Origin: an uncultured virus (IMG/VR IMGVR_UViG_3300046167_000780)
Taxonomy: Duplodnaviria; Heunggongvirae; Uroviricota; Caudoviricetes; Demerecviridae
Virus record (IMG/VR): IMGVR_UViG_3300046167_000780
Length of the DNA: 29,120 bases
Direction: 5' to 3' (one strand)
Both the position numbers and the translations under genes were made by a program. The notes beneath the pieces were generated by a model that made no database searches, was not told where the DNA came from, and saw nothing but the letters and a program-made list of their open reading frames with translations. This document shows positions 18,649 to 26,065 of the stretch, in pieces (within the stretch, counting starts at the first letter, position 1; each line of letters starts with the position of its first letter).

Positions 18649-18677
18649 ATTATAGTTGATATAGCAAAAGAAGTCAA
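18649..18677 (-). promoter_or_regulatory. Sigma70-type promoter
   Basis: TTGACT, 17 nt, TATAAT. Confidence 0.85.
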
Positions 18678-18686
18678 GAAGTATTT

Positions 18687-19382
18687 TTAGATACGTGATA
18701 AGTCGACTCCGTATTTTTCAAGGTGTGCGAGTTTGCCAAGATCATATGCGAGAGAGTAAGCAGAATACCCGCCTGTCTCCACGTTGGCCCACTTCTCTGT
18801 ATCATCTCGTACGTCTTCCATAACATAGATGGCGTAACATTTACTACCGTACTTGTCCTCATAGTTTACGTCTTTGAATCCGGCTCGCTCGGCTTGGTAG
18901 TCGATTGAGAGTTCGTGGTCGACTCGGGCTGGCTTTTGGTAGACTGCTGACCAGACGATTTCTCCGGGCGAGAACGATTCAGCAATGCAAGACTCAGGGA
19001 GTACAGCGATTCCGCTTTCTCTCGCAACTGACGGTACTCCGACTCGCTCAATGAGAGATCTAACGAATCCACTCGATCTAAATAGTCCTGCCGCGATCTC
19101 GGCAAGGGATTCTCCGGAAAGGTATCGTTCAACTGCTTCACGAATTTCTTCATTTGATGCTCCTCGTCCGCGATTCTGCTTTTTACGTAGTTCACGATAC
19201 TCGACTTTATCTTCGTAATCATCTATGATTCTCTGGAGGCGCGTGGTATTGTATGCTATATTTAGCATATCGCACGCAACCTTCTTGGAAATAGGTTGGT
19301 TTCCACTCAACAAATCTATAACTTTCGATATATTGCTCTCGCTCAGGTTCTCGTGGTCTTTCTTTTTGATCTTCCGTACCAA
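18687..19382 (-). CDS. D2: T5 D2-like protein
   Basis: SKKVACDMLNIAYNTTRL, YLSGES..EIA..LFRS, YDLGKLAHLEKYGV; TTG start after GGGAG. Confidence 0.82.
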   Translation of the reverse strand: MVRKIKKKDHENLSESNISKVIDLLSGNQPISKKVACDMLNIAYNTTRLQRIIDDYEDKVEYRELRKKQNRGRGASNEEIREAVERYLSGESLAEIAAGLFRSSGFVRSLIERVGVPSVARESGIAVLPESCIAESFSPGEIVWSAVYQKPARVDHELSIDYQAERAGFKDVNYEDKYGSKCYAIYVMEDVRDDTEKWANVETGGYSAYSLAYDLGKLAHLEKYGVDLSRI

Positions 19383-19449
19383 AGATTTTCTCCCAATTCT
19401 CGTAAAACTTTCTTGTATTTGTAGGACGTTGCTTACTACCCTTGCTCAC
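19219..19449 (-). CDS. Small protein with SKGSKQRP...YENWEKIFG motif; 3' part overlaps D2
   Basis: GTG start 9 nt after AGGAG; motif recalled from short aquatic-phage proteins. Confidence 0.5.
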   Translation of the reverse strand: MSKGSKQRPTNTRKFYENWEKIFGTEDQKERPREPEREQYIESYRFVEWKPTYFQEGCVRYAKYSIQYHAPPENHR

Positions 19450-19669
19450 GTGGGTCATCTCCTATAGACATTCGCAGGTACCAAATAGCTTTTCGGGTAT
19501 CCTGTTCTTTGTTATCTTTGTTGTTTGCTCTCCAGATATATTTGAATGCGTTAAGGCGGCAGTATTCTGCAAATCCTTCTGGCGATGTTGTTTGTCTCAT
19601 CGCATCAATACATTCTACACCCTCACGCTTGTAATGTAAAGGACTATTTACTGGGTCATGTACTTTCAT
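19436..19669 (-). CDS. DUF3310 / T7 gp1.7-like protein
   Basis: DPVNSPLHY..GVECID...NAFKYIWRA..K...D..KAIWYL. Confidence 0.85.
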   Translation of the reverse strand: MKVHDPVNSPLHYKREGVECIDAMRQTTSPEGFAEYCRLNAFKYIWRANNKDNKEQDTRKAIWYLRMSIGDDPREQG

Positions 19670-20355
19670 TCTACAGCCTCAGCTACATCAGGGAAGTGTG
19701 TACTAATAACATCCCAACACTCTTCTGCAATAATCATGTGCTCTTTCTGAGTGCCGTGACCCCGCCGCAGGTCGCAGTAGTGAATCCACGAACGAAGAGT
19801 TCCACTCATGTATAGTGTAGATACTGTGTTGCCTTCTGGTAGCACTGCACGAGCTTGCTCTTTTGCAATACCATTATCTAAGGCCCAACGATACGCTTTC
19901 TTTGACGCATCCAGTACTTTCGCCTGCTTCATGTTCCAGTCTTCATACAAGCGCTCGTTTTGAGACTTGTTTCCACCTTTGCCAAAATCTTCTGAGTCTT
20001 CTAACTCAATACTGTTTTGACGGTTAGCAGGATCTTGCAGTCGTGCTTCACGATAGTAAAAGTCTTCTGCAATTGCATAACGCTGGCTAAACTCTTGAAA
20101 AGAAAAACTACGGTGGCGCAACATCTGTCGAGCAATATCTCGAGTGGTGCGAATCTCCATAGTAATACTTACCATCTCGAAAGGAGACCAGTGACCATGC
20201 TTGATAAGGTATCGCAATAGTCGTGGTGCACTCTCGTGGTGGTTTTGATTCTCTGGGTTACTCACCCGTGCTGCATAGGCTACCAACTCTTCTGCGGTAT
20301 GGCAACCTGTTGCAATGTTAGGCTTTGTAAGCCCTACTAATTCTACTCTACTCAT
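19666..20355 (-). CDS. thyX: Flavin-dependent thymidylate synthase
   Basis: HWSPFE, RQMLRHRSFSFQEFSQRY, KEQARAVLP, TQKEH. Confidence 0.96.
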   Translation of the reverse strand: MSRVELVGLTKPNIATGCHTAEELVAYAARVSNPENQNHHESAPRLLRYLIKHGHWSPFEMVSITMEIRTTRDIARQMLRHRSFSFQEFSQRYAIAEDFYYREARLQDPANRQNSIELEDSEDFGKGGNKSQNERLYEDWNMKQAKVLDASKKAYRWALDNGIAKEQARAVLPEGNTVSTLYMSGTLRSWIHYCDLRRGHGTQKEHMIIAEECWDVISTHFPDVAEAVE

Positions 20356-20951
20356 TTCGCTGTAATCCTCTGTTCGTAGTCAGCAAGAGACTCATCCCAC
20401 CAATCGGGACGCTCTCGGTGTGACCAACTGGCAAAAGTAGCCTTGTCAAGATGATAATAGTCACGGTAAGACTGTATTGGATCATCGTAGTTCTTGAGGA
20501 TCTCAGGCATCGCAAGTCCAAACGTGGTGAACCCCACTCGTTTAATATTGACTGGGTCGGGTAGTTTGTTGACGACTTGCCAGAACGATTTGTGTTCTTT
20601 GCCATATCGGTATCTAAATTCCTCTGCTAGAGCATGGGCATAACACCATGTCCACTCGTAGTTGTCTAACGATGATCTTGTCCATATCGTGCAGGGATGA
20701 TTGTACATCATACCAAGATATGGGGTTAGTTGTCTTTCCTCCGGCTTGAGAGGCTTCTCAAGTTTTTTGTATTCATTGAGTACTGCGGCTTCGTCTTTCT
20801 CGAGAGCACGAGGTACAAATCCGAGTAGAGTATCTACCCATATCGCAGTACATAAAAGCTGTGCAGCCTCGAGTATCATCTTGTTAACGTGCTTGTCAAC
20901 GTGATACTCGGCGCACTTATCCAAATCTTTGTCAAGGTAAAATAAATTCAT
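20352..20951 (-). CDS. Pyrimidine-dimer DNA glycosylase-like (DenV/Pyr_excise-related) protein
   Basis: MNLFYLD...AEYHVDKHVNKMILEAAQLLCT...NHPCTIW...EFRYRYGKEH...YRDYY. Confidence 0.8.
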   Translation of the reverse strand: MNLFYLDKDLDKCAEYHVDKHVNKMILEAAQLLCTAIWVDTLLGFVPRALEKDEAAVLNEYKKLEKPLKPEERQLTPYLGMMYNHPCTIWTRSSLDNYEWTWCYAHALAEEFRYRYGKEHKSFWQVVNKLPDPVNIKRVGFTTFGLAMPEILKNYDDPIQSYRDYYHLDKATFASWSHRERPDWWDESLADYEQRITAK

Positions 20952-20957
20952 GTAAGT

Positions 20958-20986
20958 ATTATACTCGTTTCAGGACTAAATGTCAA
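20958..20986 (-). promoter_or_regulatory. Sigma70-type promoter (leaderless configuration)
   Basis: TTGACA, 17 nt, TATAAT, then 6 nt to the ATG. Confidence 0.85.
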
Positions 20987-20991
20987 GAAGT

Positions 20992-21558
20992 TTATCGTAG
21001 TTTGCTCAGTATAAAACTTGGATCTGTATACATGTAAGGATCCTTCTCATGATTGTCTTCTTTTCCTTCCTCGATGAACCAGTCAGTGATATGCCCATTT
21101 TCTACTACTGCTGCATATCTCCAAGAGCGTCGGCCAAAGCCAAGATTATCTTTGTCTACAATCATTTGCATTTCTTCTGTAAACTTTGCGTTACCATCAG
21201 GAATTACTTGTATGTGCTCGAGGTTTTGGTCTTTTGCCCACGAGTTGCATACGAATGCATCGTTTACTGTGAAGCAGTAGATTGCATCAATACCAAGCTC
21301 AAAGAATTGTGGTGCAAGTCGCTCAAACTCTGGTAGTTGGTAGGTGGAACAGGTTGGCGTGAAAGCGCCTGGCAGGGAGAACATTAATACTCGCTCTCCT
21401 GCAAATAAATCCCATGTAGTTATGGGAAGCCACTCGAAGTTTCCGTCATTCAGAATTCGAGTTTGAAATGTTGTAGAAGGTACCATGTCTGGTAGTGAAC
21501 GCCAGTAGCCTTTCTCTTCGTACTGAGCGCGTTCGTGTTCTGTGCAATAAATAGTCAT
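20992..21558 (-). CDS. Peroxiredoxin (Prx5/PGdx type)
   Basis: FSLPGAFTPTCS with the peroxidatic Cys; VNDAFV; PDGN; GFGRRSWRYA. Confidence 0.93.
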   Translation of the reverse strand: MTIYCTEHERAQYEEKGYWRSLPDMVPSTTFQTRILNDGNFEWLPITTWDLFAGERVLMFSLPGAFTPTCSTYQLPEFERLAPQFFELGIDAIYCFTVNDAFVCNSWAKDQNLEHIQVIPDGNAKFTEEMQMIVDKDNLGFGRRSWRYAAVVENGHITDWFIEEGKEDNHEKDPYMYTDPSFILSKLR

Positions 21559-22128
21559 TTATGCCTCACTGTAGGTTAGGTTTAAATCTGCGTGATGTTG
21601 TTCATCGCGTCGAATATAACGAACCATGTCAGACAGCTTAGCTTCTGGAAGTAGGTCGTAGTAGTCAATCGCGATCTGTGGTGCAGGTACATCTTCGATG
21701 CGTCCTGCTTCAATCTCTGCGAGGTAATCAGTATAGCTTCGTACTGCTTCCTCTTCAAAATAATGTATCATAAGATGCGCTGTACTTGGTGCAAATATGT
21801 ACATTACTAGATAATAGTGCCAGAATATCAACTGTGCCAGTACGATGAGACCCCGCTCCAGCTTTGTAGGCTGCACTATTTCCATGAAAAACATAAGATG
21901 CTTACGTTCGTTTTCTGCTTCCGCAAGCATCTCATGAATCTTACTGCCTTGTCCTTTCTTCAAGCCACGAAGGCTTGATAAATGTGTTAGCATTCCAGCA
22001 ACCATTCCAGGCACGCCTGCAACAGTTTCCAGAACTATAGCTCTGTGACCGTATCGCTTACGAAAGAACATATCTGCCGTAAAGCGAAAAAACTTTGTCA
22101 TAGACTTTGCTACAATTTTATTAGACAT
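21559..22128 (-). CDS. aox: Alternative oxidase (diiron ubiquinol oxidase)
   Basis: LETVAGVPGMV, EAENERKHL, YFEEEAVRSY, IRRDEQHH: all four Glu and two His diiron ligands are present. Confidence 0.93.
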   Translation of the reverse strand: MSNKIVAKSMTKFFRFTADMFFRKRYGHRAIVLETVAGVPGMVAGMLTHLSSLRGLKKGQGSKIHEMLAEAENERKHLMFFMEIVQPTKLERGLIVLAQLIFWHYYLVMYIFAPSTAHLMIHYFEEEAVRSYTDYLAEIEAGRIEDVPAPQIAIDYYDLLPEAKLSDMVRYIRRDEQHHADLNLTYSEA

Positions 22129-22567
22129 TCTCAAGTCTTGCCATTAATCTTTCGGCTCGATTTCCAACTTGGCGATGCCATAGTGAGTCTCGGCCTTCTA
22201 TTCCTGCTGTAGTCCAGTCACCGACTTCAAGTGCGGCATTGAACTTCTTAAACTTCGAGAGACGAGGACGTCCAAGATTGAACATCATATTTACGAGTAT
22301 CTCTTGTACTTCACCTGGGAAAGCACACCATACGTCTGCTCCGTAGAGTGCTACACACTCACTTACAGCCACATCGAGATCGCTGTTAAAACACTCAATG
22401 ACTCGCTCGACAGAAACTGGCTCTCCGACTTCGTATCCGTGCTCTGGATCTGACTCAAGCACGAGATGTCCCACTCCGAAGGTCTTGTACCCAAGATGGT
22501 CCAAATAAATTTCATAGACGACTCCCTCATCAATCTTTAACTGTTCATATACAGATTCTTTGTTCAT
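22121..22567 (-). CDS. T4-type (GH24) lysozyme
   Basis: LKIDEG..YEIYLDHLGYKTFGVGHL has the E-D-T catalytic spacing; NMMFNLG, DSLWHRQVGNRAERL. Start MNKES at 22567. Confidence 0.9.
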   Translation of the reverse strand: MNKESVYEQLKIDEGVVYEIYLDHLGYKTFGVGHLVLESDPEHGYEVGEPVSVERVIECFNSDLDVAVSECVALYGADVWCAFPGEVQEILVNMMFNLGRPRLSKFKKFNAALEVGDWTTAGIEGRDSLWHRQVGNRAERLMARLENV

Positions 22568-22683
22568 TATATTGCTCCAAACTCTGAAAAAATCAAAGCT
22601 ATCGTGGCGATTGTCCACATTATAAGAAAATAGTTTCCATATCTATTTACTGGATTCCATATGCTGTTGTTTCTTATTTTCAT
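22567..22683 (-). CDS. 38-aa single-TM membrane peptide coupled to the lysozyme
   Basis: MKIRNNSIWNPVNRYGNYFLIMWTIATIALIFSEFGAI*; TAATG overlap with the lysozyme start; below the track cutoff. Confidence 0.55.
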   Translation of the reverse strand: MKIRNNSIWNPVNRYGNYFLIMWTIATIALIFSEFGAI

Positions 22684-22752
22684 TACTTCTGGTTCTCTGT
22701 TGCCCTTTTTGAGGGTCTGTTTGTTAGAGCAACTTGGATAAAGGCGTCGCTC

Positions 22753-22911
22753 CTATAAGCCTTCTTCATCATCTACTTCGAGAACACCCGTGTCGATTAG
22801 GTACTGTACTGTATTCTCTATGCCCTCTCGTCTTCCAAGATGGAAGGCCGTTTGAGATCCTCCCCAGAGGCAAACCGCAAACACGATGGCGGCTGTGGTG
22901 TAATCAAGCAT
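22753..22911 (-). CDS. 52-aa membrane-anchored small protein
   Basis: MLDYTTAAIVFAVCLWGGSQTAFHLGRREGIENTVQYLIDTGVLEVDDEEGL*; AGGAG RBS; first ORF after a promoter. Confidence 0.75.
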   Translation of the reverse strand: MLDYTTAAIVFAVCLWGGSQTAFHLGRREGIENTVQYLIDTGVLEVDDEEGL

Positions 22912-22944
22912 ACAAATCTCCTATGTAATTTCGTAGATGTGTAT

Positions 22945-22973
22945 ATTATACTGAAAAACGGAACGCATGTCAA
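22945..22973 (-). promoter_or_regulatory. Sigma70-type promoter (left member of a divergent pair)
   Basis: TTGACA, 17 nt, TATAAT. Confidence 0.85.
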
Positions 22974-23038
22974 GAAATTTTTTCAGTCATGTCACTCATA
23001 ACTACCATTCATATTTTGCTACCAAAGAAAAATACTTC

Positions 23039-23067
23039 TTGACTTTCGATGGAATATCACCTATAAT
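23039..23067 (+). promoter_or_regulatory. Sigma70-type promoter (right member of a divergent pair; leaderless configuration)
   Basis: AAAAATACTTC then TTGACT, 17 nt, TATAAT, then 7 nt to the ATG. Confidence 0.85.
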
Positions 23068-23074
23068 ATACAAC

Positions 23075-23260
23075 ATGAAAGAATATCAGAAGAAACCTTG
23101 GACTCACGAAGAGCGTAACCTCCTCCGCAATCAATATTATTGCAAGGACGAAGAAGAGCTTCTCGAAATGTTTCCAGGGCGTTCAATGAATAGTATTCGT
23201 AAACAAGTAAGCTATCTACGCAAACGTGGGTGGTCTTTTATTCGCAAAGGAGTTTTTTAA
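23075..23260 (+). CDS. Small Myb/SANT-like HTH protein
   Basis: KKPWTHEERNLL...FPGRSMNSIRKQVSYL; start at 23075, downstream of the promoter. Confidence 0.75.
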   Translation: MKEYQKKPWTHEERNLLRNQYYCKDEEELLEMFPGRSMNSIRKQVSYLRKRGWSFIRKGVF

Positions 23261-23497
23261 ATGGCAAAGAAGAAAAGAATGGGTAAGTCAAACACTACAA
23301 GCCAAGGCCTGCGTCGTAGCAGCCGTGGATGTCGCTCTCTTACTCCAATTCAACGTCTACGTAACCAGCAAGAAGCATGGTTGAAAGGTAAGCGTGTGAT
23401 GCTCGTCATTGACGATGCAGGTCATAAAGCAGAAGCTCAAGCTGTATGGGGGCTACCTCCCATGCTTCGTAAAAAGGAAAGTAATGCCGAAAGTTAA
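23261..23497 (+). CDS. Very basic hypothetical protein
   Basis: AAGGAG RBS; K/R-rich; AWLKGKRVMLVI...VWG. Confidence 0.75.
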   Translation: MAKKKRMGKSNTTSQGLRRSSRGCRSLTPIQRLRNQQEAWLKGKRVMLVIDDAGHKAEAQAVWGLPPMLRKKESNAES

Positions 23498-23675
23498 GGT
23501 AAGAAACAATAACGTAGAGAGCGCACTACGTGTGTTTAAAAAGAAATGCGCTGACATCGTGTGGGAGTACCGTCAACGACAGGAGTACGTCCCAAAAACT
23601 GAAAAACGGCGGCTGGCAAAGAAAGCCGCTATCGCTAGAGGTAAGAGGAAGAAAAATGATACCAAGCAATTTTGA
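23484..23675 (+). CDS. rpsU: Ribosomal protein bS21
   Basis: MPKVKVRNNNVESALRVFKKKC...EYRQRQEYVPKTEKRRLAKKAAIAR aligns by eye with E. coli S21 ([23 protein letters not shown]...[25 protein letters not shown]); AAGGA RBS. Confidence 0.88.
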   Translation: MPKVKVRNNNVESALRVFKKKCADIVWEYRQRQEYVPKTEKRRLAKKAAIARGKRKKNDTKQF

Positions 23676-24039
23676 ACTTGCAGGCGATTTCATGGAAGCC
23701 TTTGGTCAGGAAGTACAAGTTCAACCAACTTGGCCTGACTTCAGCACTCGTGAACTACGTCTAGAGTTAATTCGAGAAGAATATGAAGAACTGGAAGAAG
23801 CTATTGAAAATAATGACCTCGTGGAGGTTGCCGACGCTCTTACAGATCTGTTATATGTTATCTATGGGGCTGGTCATTCATTCGGGATTGACCTTGATGA
23901 ATGTTATCTTGAAGTTCACCGGAGTAATATGAGTAAGCTCGGTGCTGACGGACGACCGCTCAAGCGTGAAGATGGTAAGGTTATTAAAGGGCCGAACTTC
24001 TTTGAGCCAAACCTAAAAGATATTTTAGTAGAGGCGTAA
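23656..24039 (+). CDS. MazG-like / PRA-PH-family nucleoside triphosphate pyrophosphohydrolase
   Basis: LRLELIREEYEEL...VEVADALTDLLYVIYG...EVHRSNMSKL...DGKVIKGPNF. Confidence 0.88.
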   Translation: MIPSNFELAGDFMEAFGQEVQVQPTWPDFSTRELRLELIREEYEELEEAIENNDLVEVADALTDLLYVIYGAGHSFGIDLDECYLEVHRSNMSKLGADGRPLKREDGKVIKGPNFFEPNLKDILVEA

Positions 24040-24167
24040 TGGATATAGGTCTATTAGGTATACTTGCCGTCTTTATGTGCCCTATGGTATTTGGCGGCAT
24101 TACCATGTATTACTCACATAAAACTATTCACAGAGAAACTTTAGAAAGGTGGAAAAAGTATGATTAA
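24039..24167 (+). CDS. 42-aa membrane peptide
   Basis: MDIGLLGILAVFMCPMVFGGITMYYSHKTIHRETLERWKKYD*; TAATG coupling; fills the gap exactly. Confidence 0.7.
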   Translation: MDIGLLGILAVFMCPMVFGGITMYYSHKTIHRETLERWKKYD

Positions 24168-24498
24168 GCAGATAGGTTTTGCAATCTATGATTTATACCA
24201 ATTCTTTTTTAGTCTGAAAGTCAATCCATTAAGGCACATACCGAATGAACTTGTACAGTTTATTCTCATGTTTTACTTATCAGTGATGTGGTCAGTAGTG
24301 TTTACTTTCTGGGCAGGGTACACTTGGATGTATGGTATTTATAGTGTGGGAGGCCACCTCATGGTGCTTGCTGCATTCTTTATCACTGTTGCTATATTTC
24401 ACGATGCAGAAAAGAATGGACACTTGTGGGTACAACGAAGCAATCTACCCCCAGTACCCAAGCGTCGTATTGTTTGGGATACAGAGAGGGAAGGATAA
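24160..24498 (+). CDS. Two-TM membrane protein (NPLRHIP motif)
   Basis: Two hydrophobic segments; coupled to iscU by TAATG. Confidence 0.78.
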   Translation: MIKQIGFAIYDLYQFFFSLKVNPLRHIPNELVQFILMFYLSVMWSVVFTFWAGYTWMYGIYSVGGHLMVLAAFFITVAIFHDAEKNGHLWVQRSNLPPVPKRRIVWDTEREG

Positions 24499-24872
24499 TG
24501 TACTCAGATAAAGTAATAGATCACTACGAAAATCCTCGCAATGTTGGAAAGATGAATAGAGAGGATAAGGATGTTGGTACAGGTATGGTCGGAGCACCTG
24601 CCTGTGGTGACGTTATGCAGTTGCAGATAAGAGTAGAAGATGGAATCATCGAAGATGCGAAGTTTAAAACTTATGGCTGTGGTAGTGCTATTGCTTCTAG
24701 TTCTTTACTCACCGAGTGGGTCAAAGGCAAAAGTTTGGAAGAAGCCGGGCGAATCACTAATACAGACATCGCAAAAGAACTTATACTTCCTCCAGTAAAA
24801 ATACATTGTAGTGTGTTGGCAGAAGATGCTATAAAGGCTGCAATTAAAGATTATAATGAAAAGGGGCAGTAA
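24498..24872 (+). CDS. iscU: Fe-S cluster scaffold IscU
   Basis: MYSDKVIDHYENPRNVG, GAPACGDVM, KTYGCGSAIAS, LPPVKIHCSVLAEDAIKAA: three Cys ligands plus the HscA-binding LPPVK motif. Confidence 0.97.
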   Translation: MYSDKVIDHYENPRNVGKMNREDKDVGTGMVGAPACGDVMQLQIRVEDGIIEDAKFKTYGCGSAIASSSLLTEWVKGKSLEEAGRITNTDIAKELILPPVKIHCSVLAEDAIKAAIKDYNEKGQ

Positions 24873-24879
24873 GCCCCTT
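24861..24879. terminator. Hairpin at convergent gene ends (possibly bidirectional terminator)
   Basis: AAGGGGC-AGTAA-GCCCCTT overlaps both stop codons. Confidence 0.6.
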
Positions 24880-25069
24880 ATTCGTAACCGCTCTTACCCC
24901 GCCGCAGCTTTTCTCGTCTTTCTACTGTTTTTAAGTCCATCATATCTGATGCTTTCATAGCCCATACCCAGGGAAAGAGTCCATGTACTATCAACACAAA
25001 TGCTACTGATACTGCGAACCATAGATGCTCGAAGTACGTTTCCTGTATTTGCTTCAGATGCTTAAACAT
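24878..25069 (-). CDS. DUF6356-like small membrane protein
   Basis: FKHL....ETYFEHLWFA...LIVHGLFPW pattern; AGGAG RBS. Confidence 0.7.
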   Translation of the reverse strand: MFKHLKQIQETYFEHLWFAVSVAFVLIVHGLFPWVWAMKASDMMDLKTVERREKLRRGKSGYE

Positions 25070-25145
25070 CGTCTTCTCCTTTTACTATCCACCAGAGTGC
25101 CATGATTAACAATGCACTCGCGATAAATACTGTATCAAAAAGCAT
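25062..25145 (-). CDS. 27-aa hydrophobic peptide
   Basis: MLFDTVFIASALLIMALWWIVKGEDDV*; AAGGAG RBS; overlaps both neighbours. Confidence 0.6.
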   Translation of the reverse strand: MLFDTVFIASALLIMALWWIVKGEDDV

Positions 25146-25329
25146 GGTCGCTCCTTTCTATGTGAGTATTGTTCTCTTGAAGAAGTCCCTTCTCCCAGTT
25201 AAATACTACTTCCTGTGCATAGTGAATACTATGCTTTCGTACATCTACTGTACCAAATAAGTCTCCGTTTTTATACAAGTGCACATACAATCCGCCGTCA
25301 TCTTGCATAATCTCTGCATCTCTCATCAT
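25135..25329 (-). CDS. Hypothetical protein
   Basis: ATG overlaps the upstream TGA; AAGGAG RBS. Confidence 0.72.
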   Translation of the reverse strand: MMRDAEIMQDDGGLYVHLYKNGDLFGTVDVRKHSIHYAQEVVFNWEKGLLQENNTHIERSDHAF

Positions 25330-25641
25330 GCCCACCACTCCTTCATAACTGCTACGGTGAGCATAAACCAGCTGACCGTGTTTAACATTATCAATGCACG
25401 GTCACGCCATATCACTGATACCCAAATCCATAATACGATGCCTATCCATCCTAGATATAAATCGTACATTCTATACTCTACACCCTGCTGCTCGCATCAT
25501 CAACGATGCCATAACAAAGAGGCTCGCAACCCATTTTAGATACCAATGAAAGTCTTCGGGCCACCAAGTTCTATCTGGCTTCGATATTCCCATAGCACGG
25601 ATCATAGGATTTCCAACTCCGCCATTTCCTTCTTTTTCCAA
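25326..25641 (-). CDS. DUF6552-like three-TM membrane protein with an apparent 1-nt insertion at about 25483-25485
   Basis: WYLKWVASLFVMASLMMRAAG continues in another frame as VEYRMYDLYLGWIGIVLWIWVSVIWRDRALIMLN...KEWWA*, whose stop overlaps the next start. Confidence 0.72.
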
Positions 25642-25724
25642 CTTCACTCTCCAATAATACACTTTTTTCTGTTTTGTTCACACTGTACAATACGCCAAGC
25701 CATATACCTACTCAAAAATGGTAT

Positions 25725-25753
25725 TTTACTTATGCCAAAAAGTGTGATAAAAT
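25725..25753 (+). promoter_or_regulatory. Putative extended -10 promoter for the structured element
   Basis: TTTACT, 17 nt, TAAAAT with TG at -15/-14; upstream A-tract. Confidence 0.55.
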
Positions 25754-25759
25754 ATATCA

Positions 25760-26065
25760 ATAATTGATAGACAATCAAGTCAATCATACTTCTCACCAAC
25801 CAACAGCGTAGGAAGTATCGTTGTAGTAATTACTGCGTTTAGAGTTGAAGGCGTTAGCCTTTCCACTCGGTACCCAGTATATTACAAATAGCTACTTTCA
25901 AGCTGTAATAATCCCACTTCTAATTGACTACTAATCATGGTGTCAATTACGACAAACCAAAATGACCCGGATAATCAAATAATTCTAAGACGGGTCAAAA
26001 CATTCAAACTGCTTTACTACAATTACGTCTTCTTTTATGCAATTCGGCCAAACCGAAATTTTTTT
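25760..26065 (+). ncRNA. Candidate ~300-nt multi-hairpin structured RNA (alternatively a DNA cis element or origin)
   Basis: Six or more successive stems plus a 9-bp long-range closing helix; G-U compatibility favours the + strand; flanked by a promoter and a hairpin + T7. Confidence 0.55.

Noticed and set aside
1689..21336. Numerous + strand and alternate-frame ORFs in the track (e.g. 3172-3693, 10329-10685, 16259-16549, 18866-19222)
   Set aside because: They are shadows of well-supported minus-strand genes, with no RBS or recognisable motifs.
22967..24497. Longer track starts at 22967, 23409, 23530 and 24426
   Set aside because: They run through promoters or upstream genes; homology and RBS support starts at 23075, 23484, 23656 and 24498.
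25760..26065. CRISPR array or retron msr-msd interpretation of the hairpin chain
   Set aside because: The stems are not sequence repeats with regular spacers, and no cas or reverse transcriptase gene is in the window.
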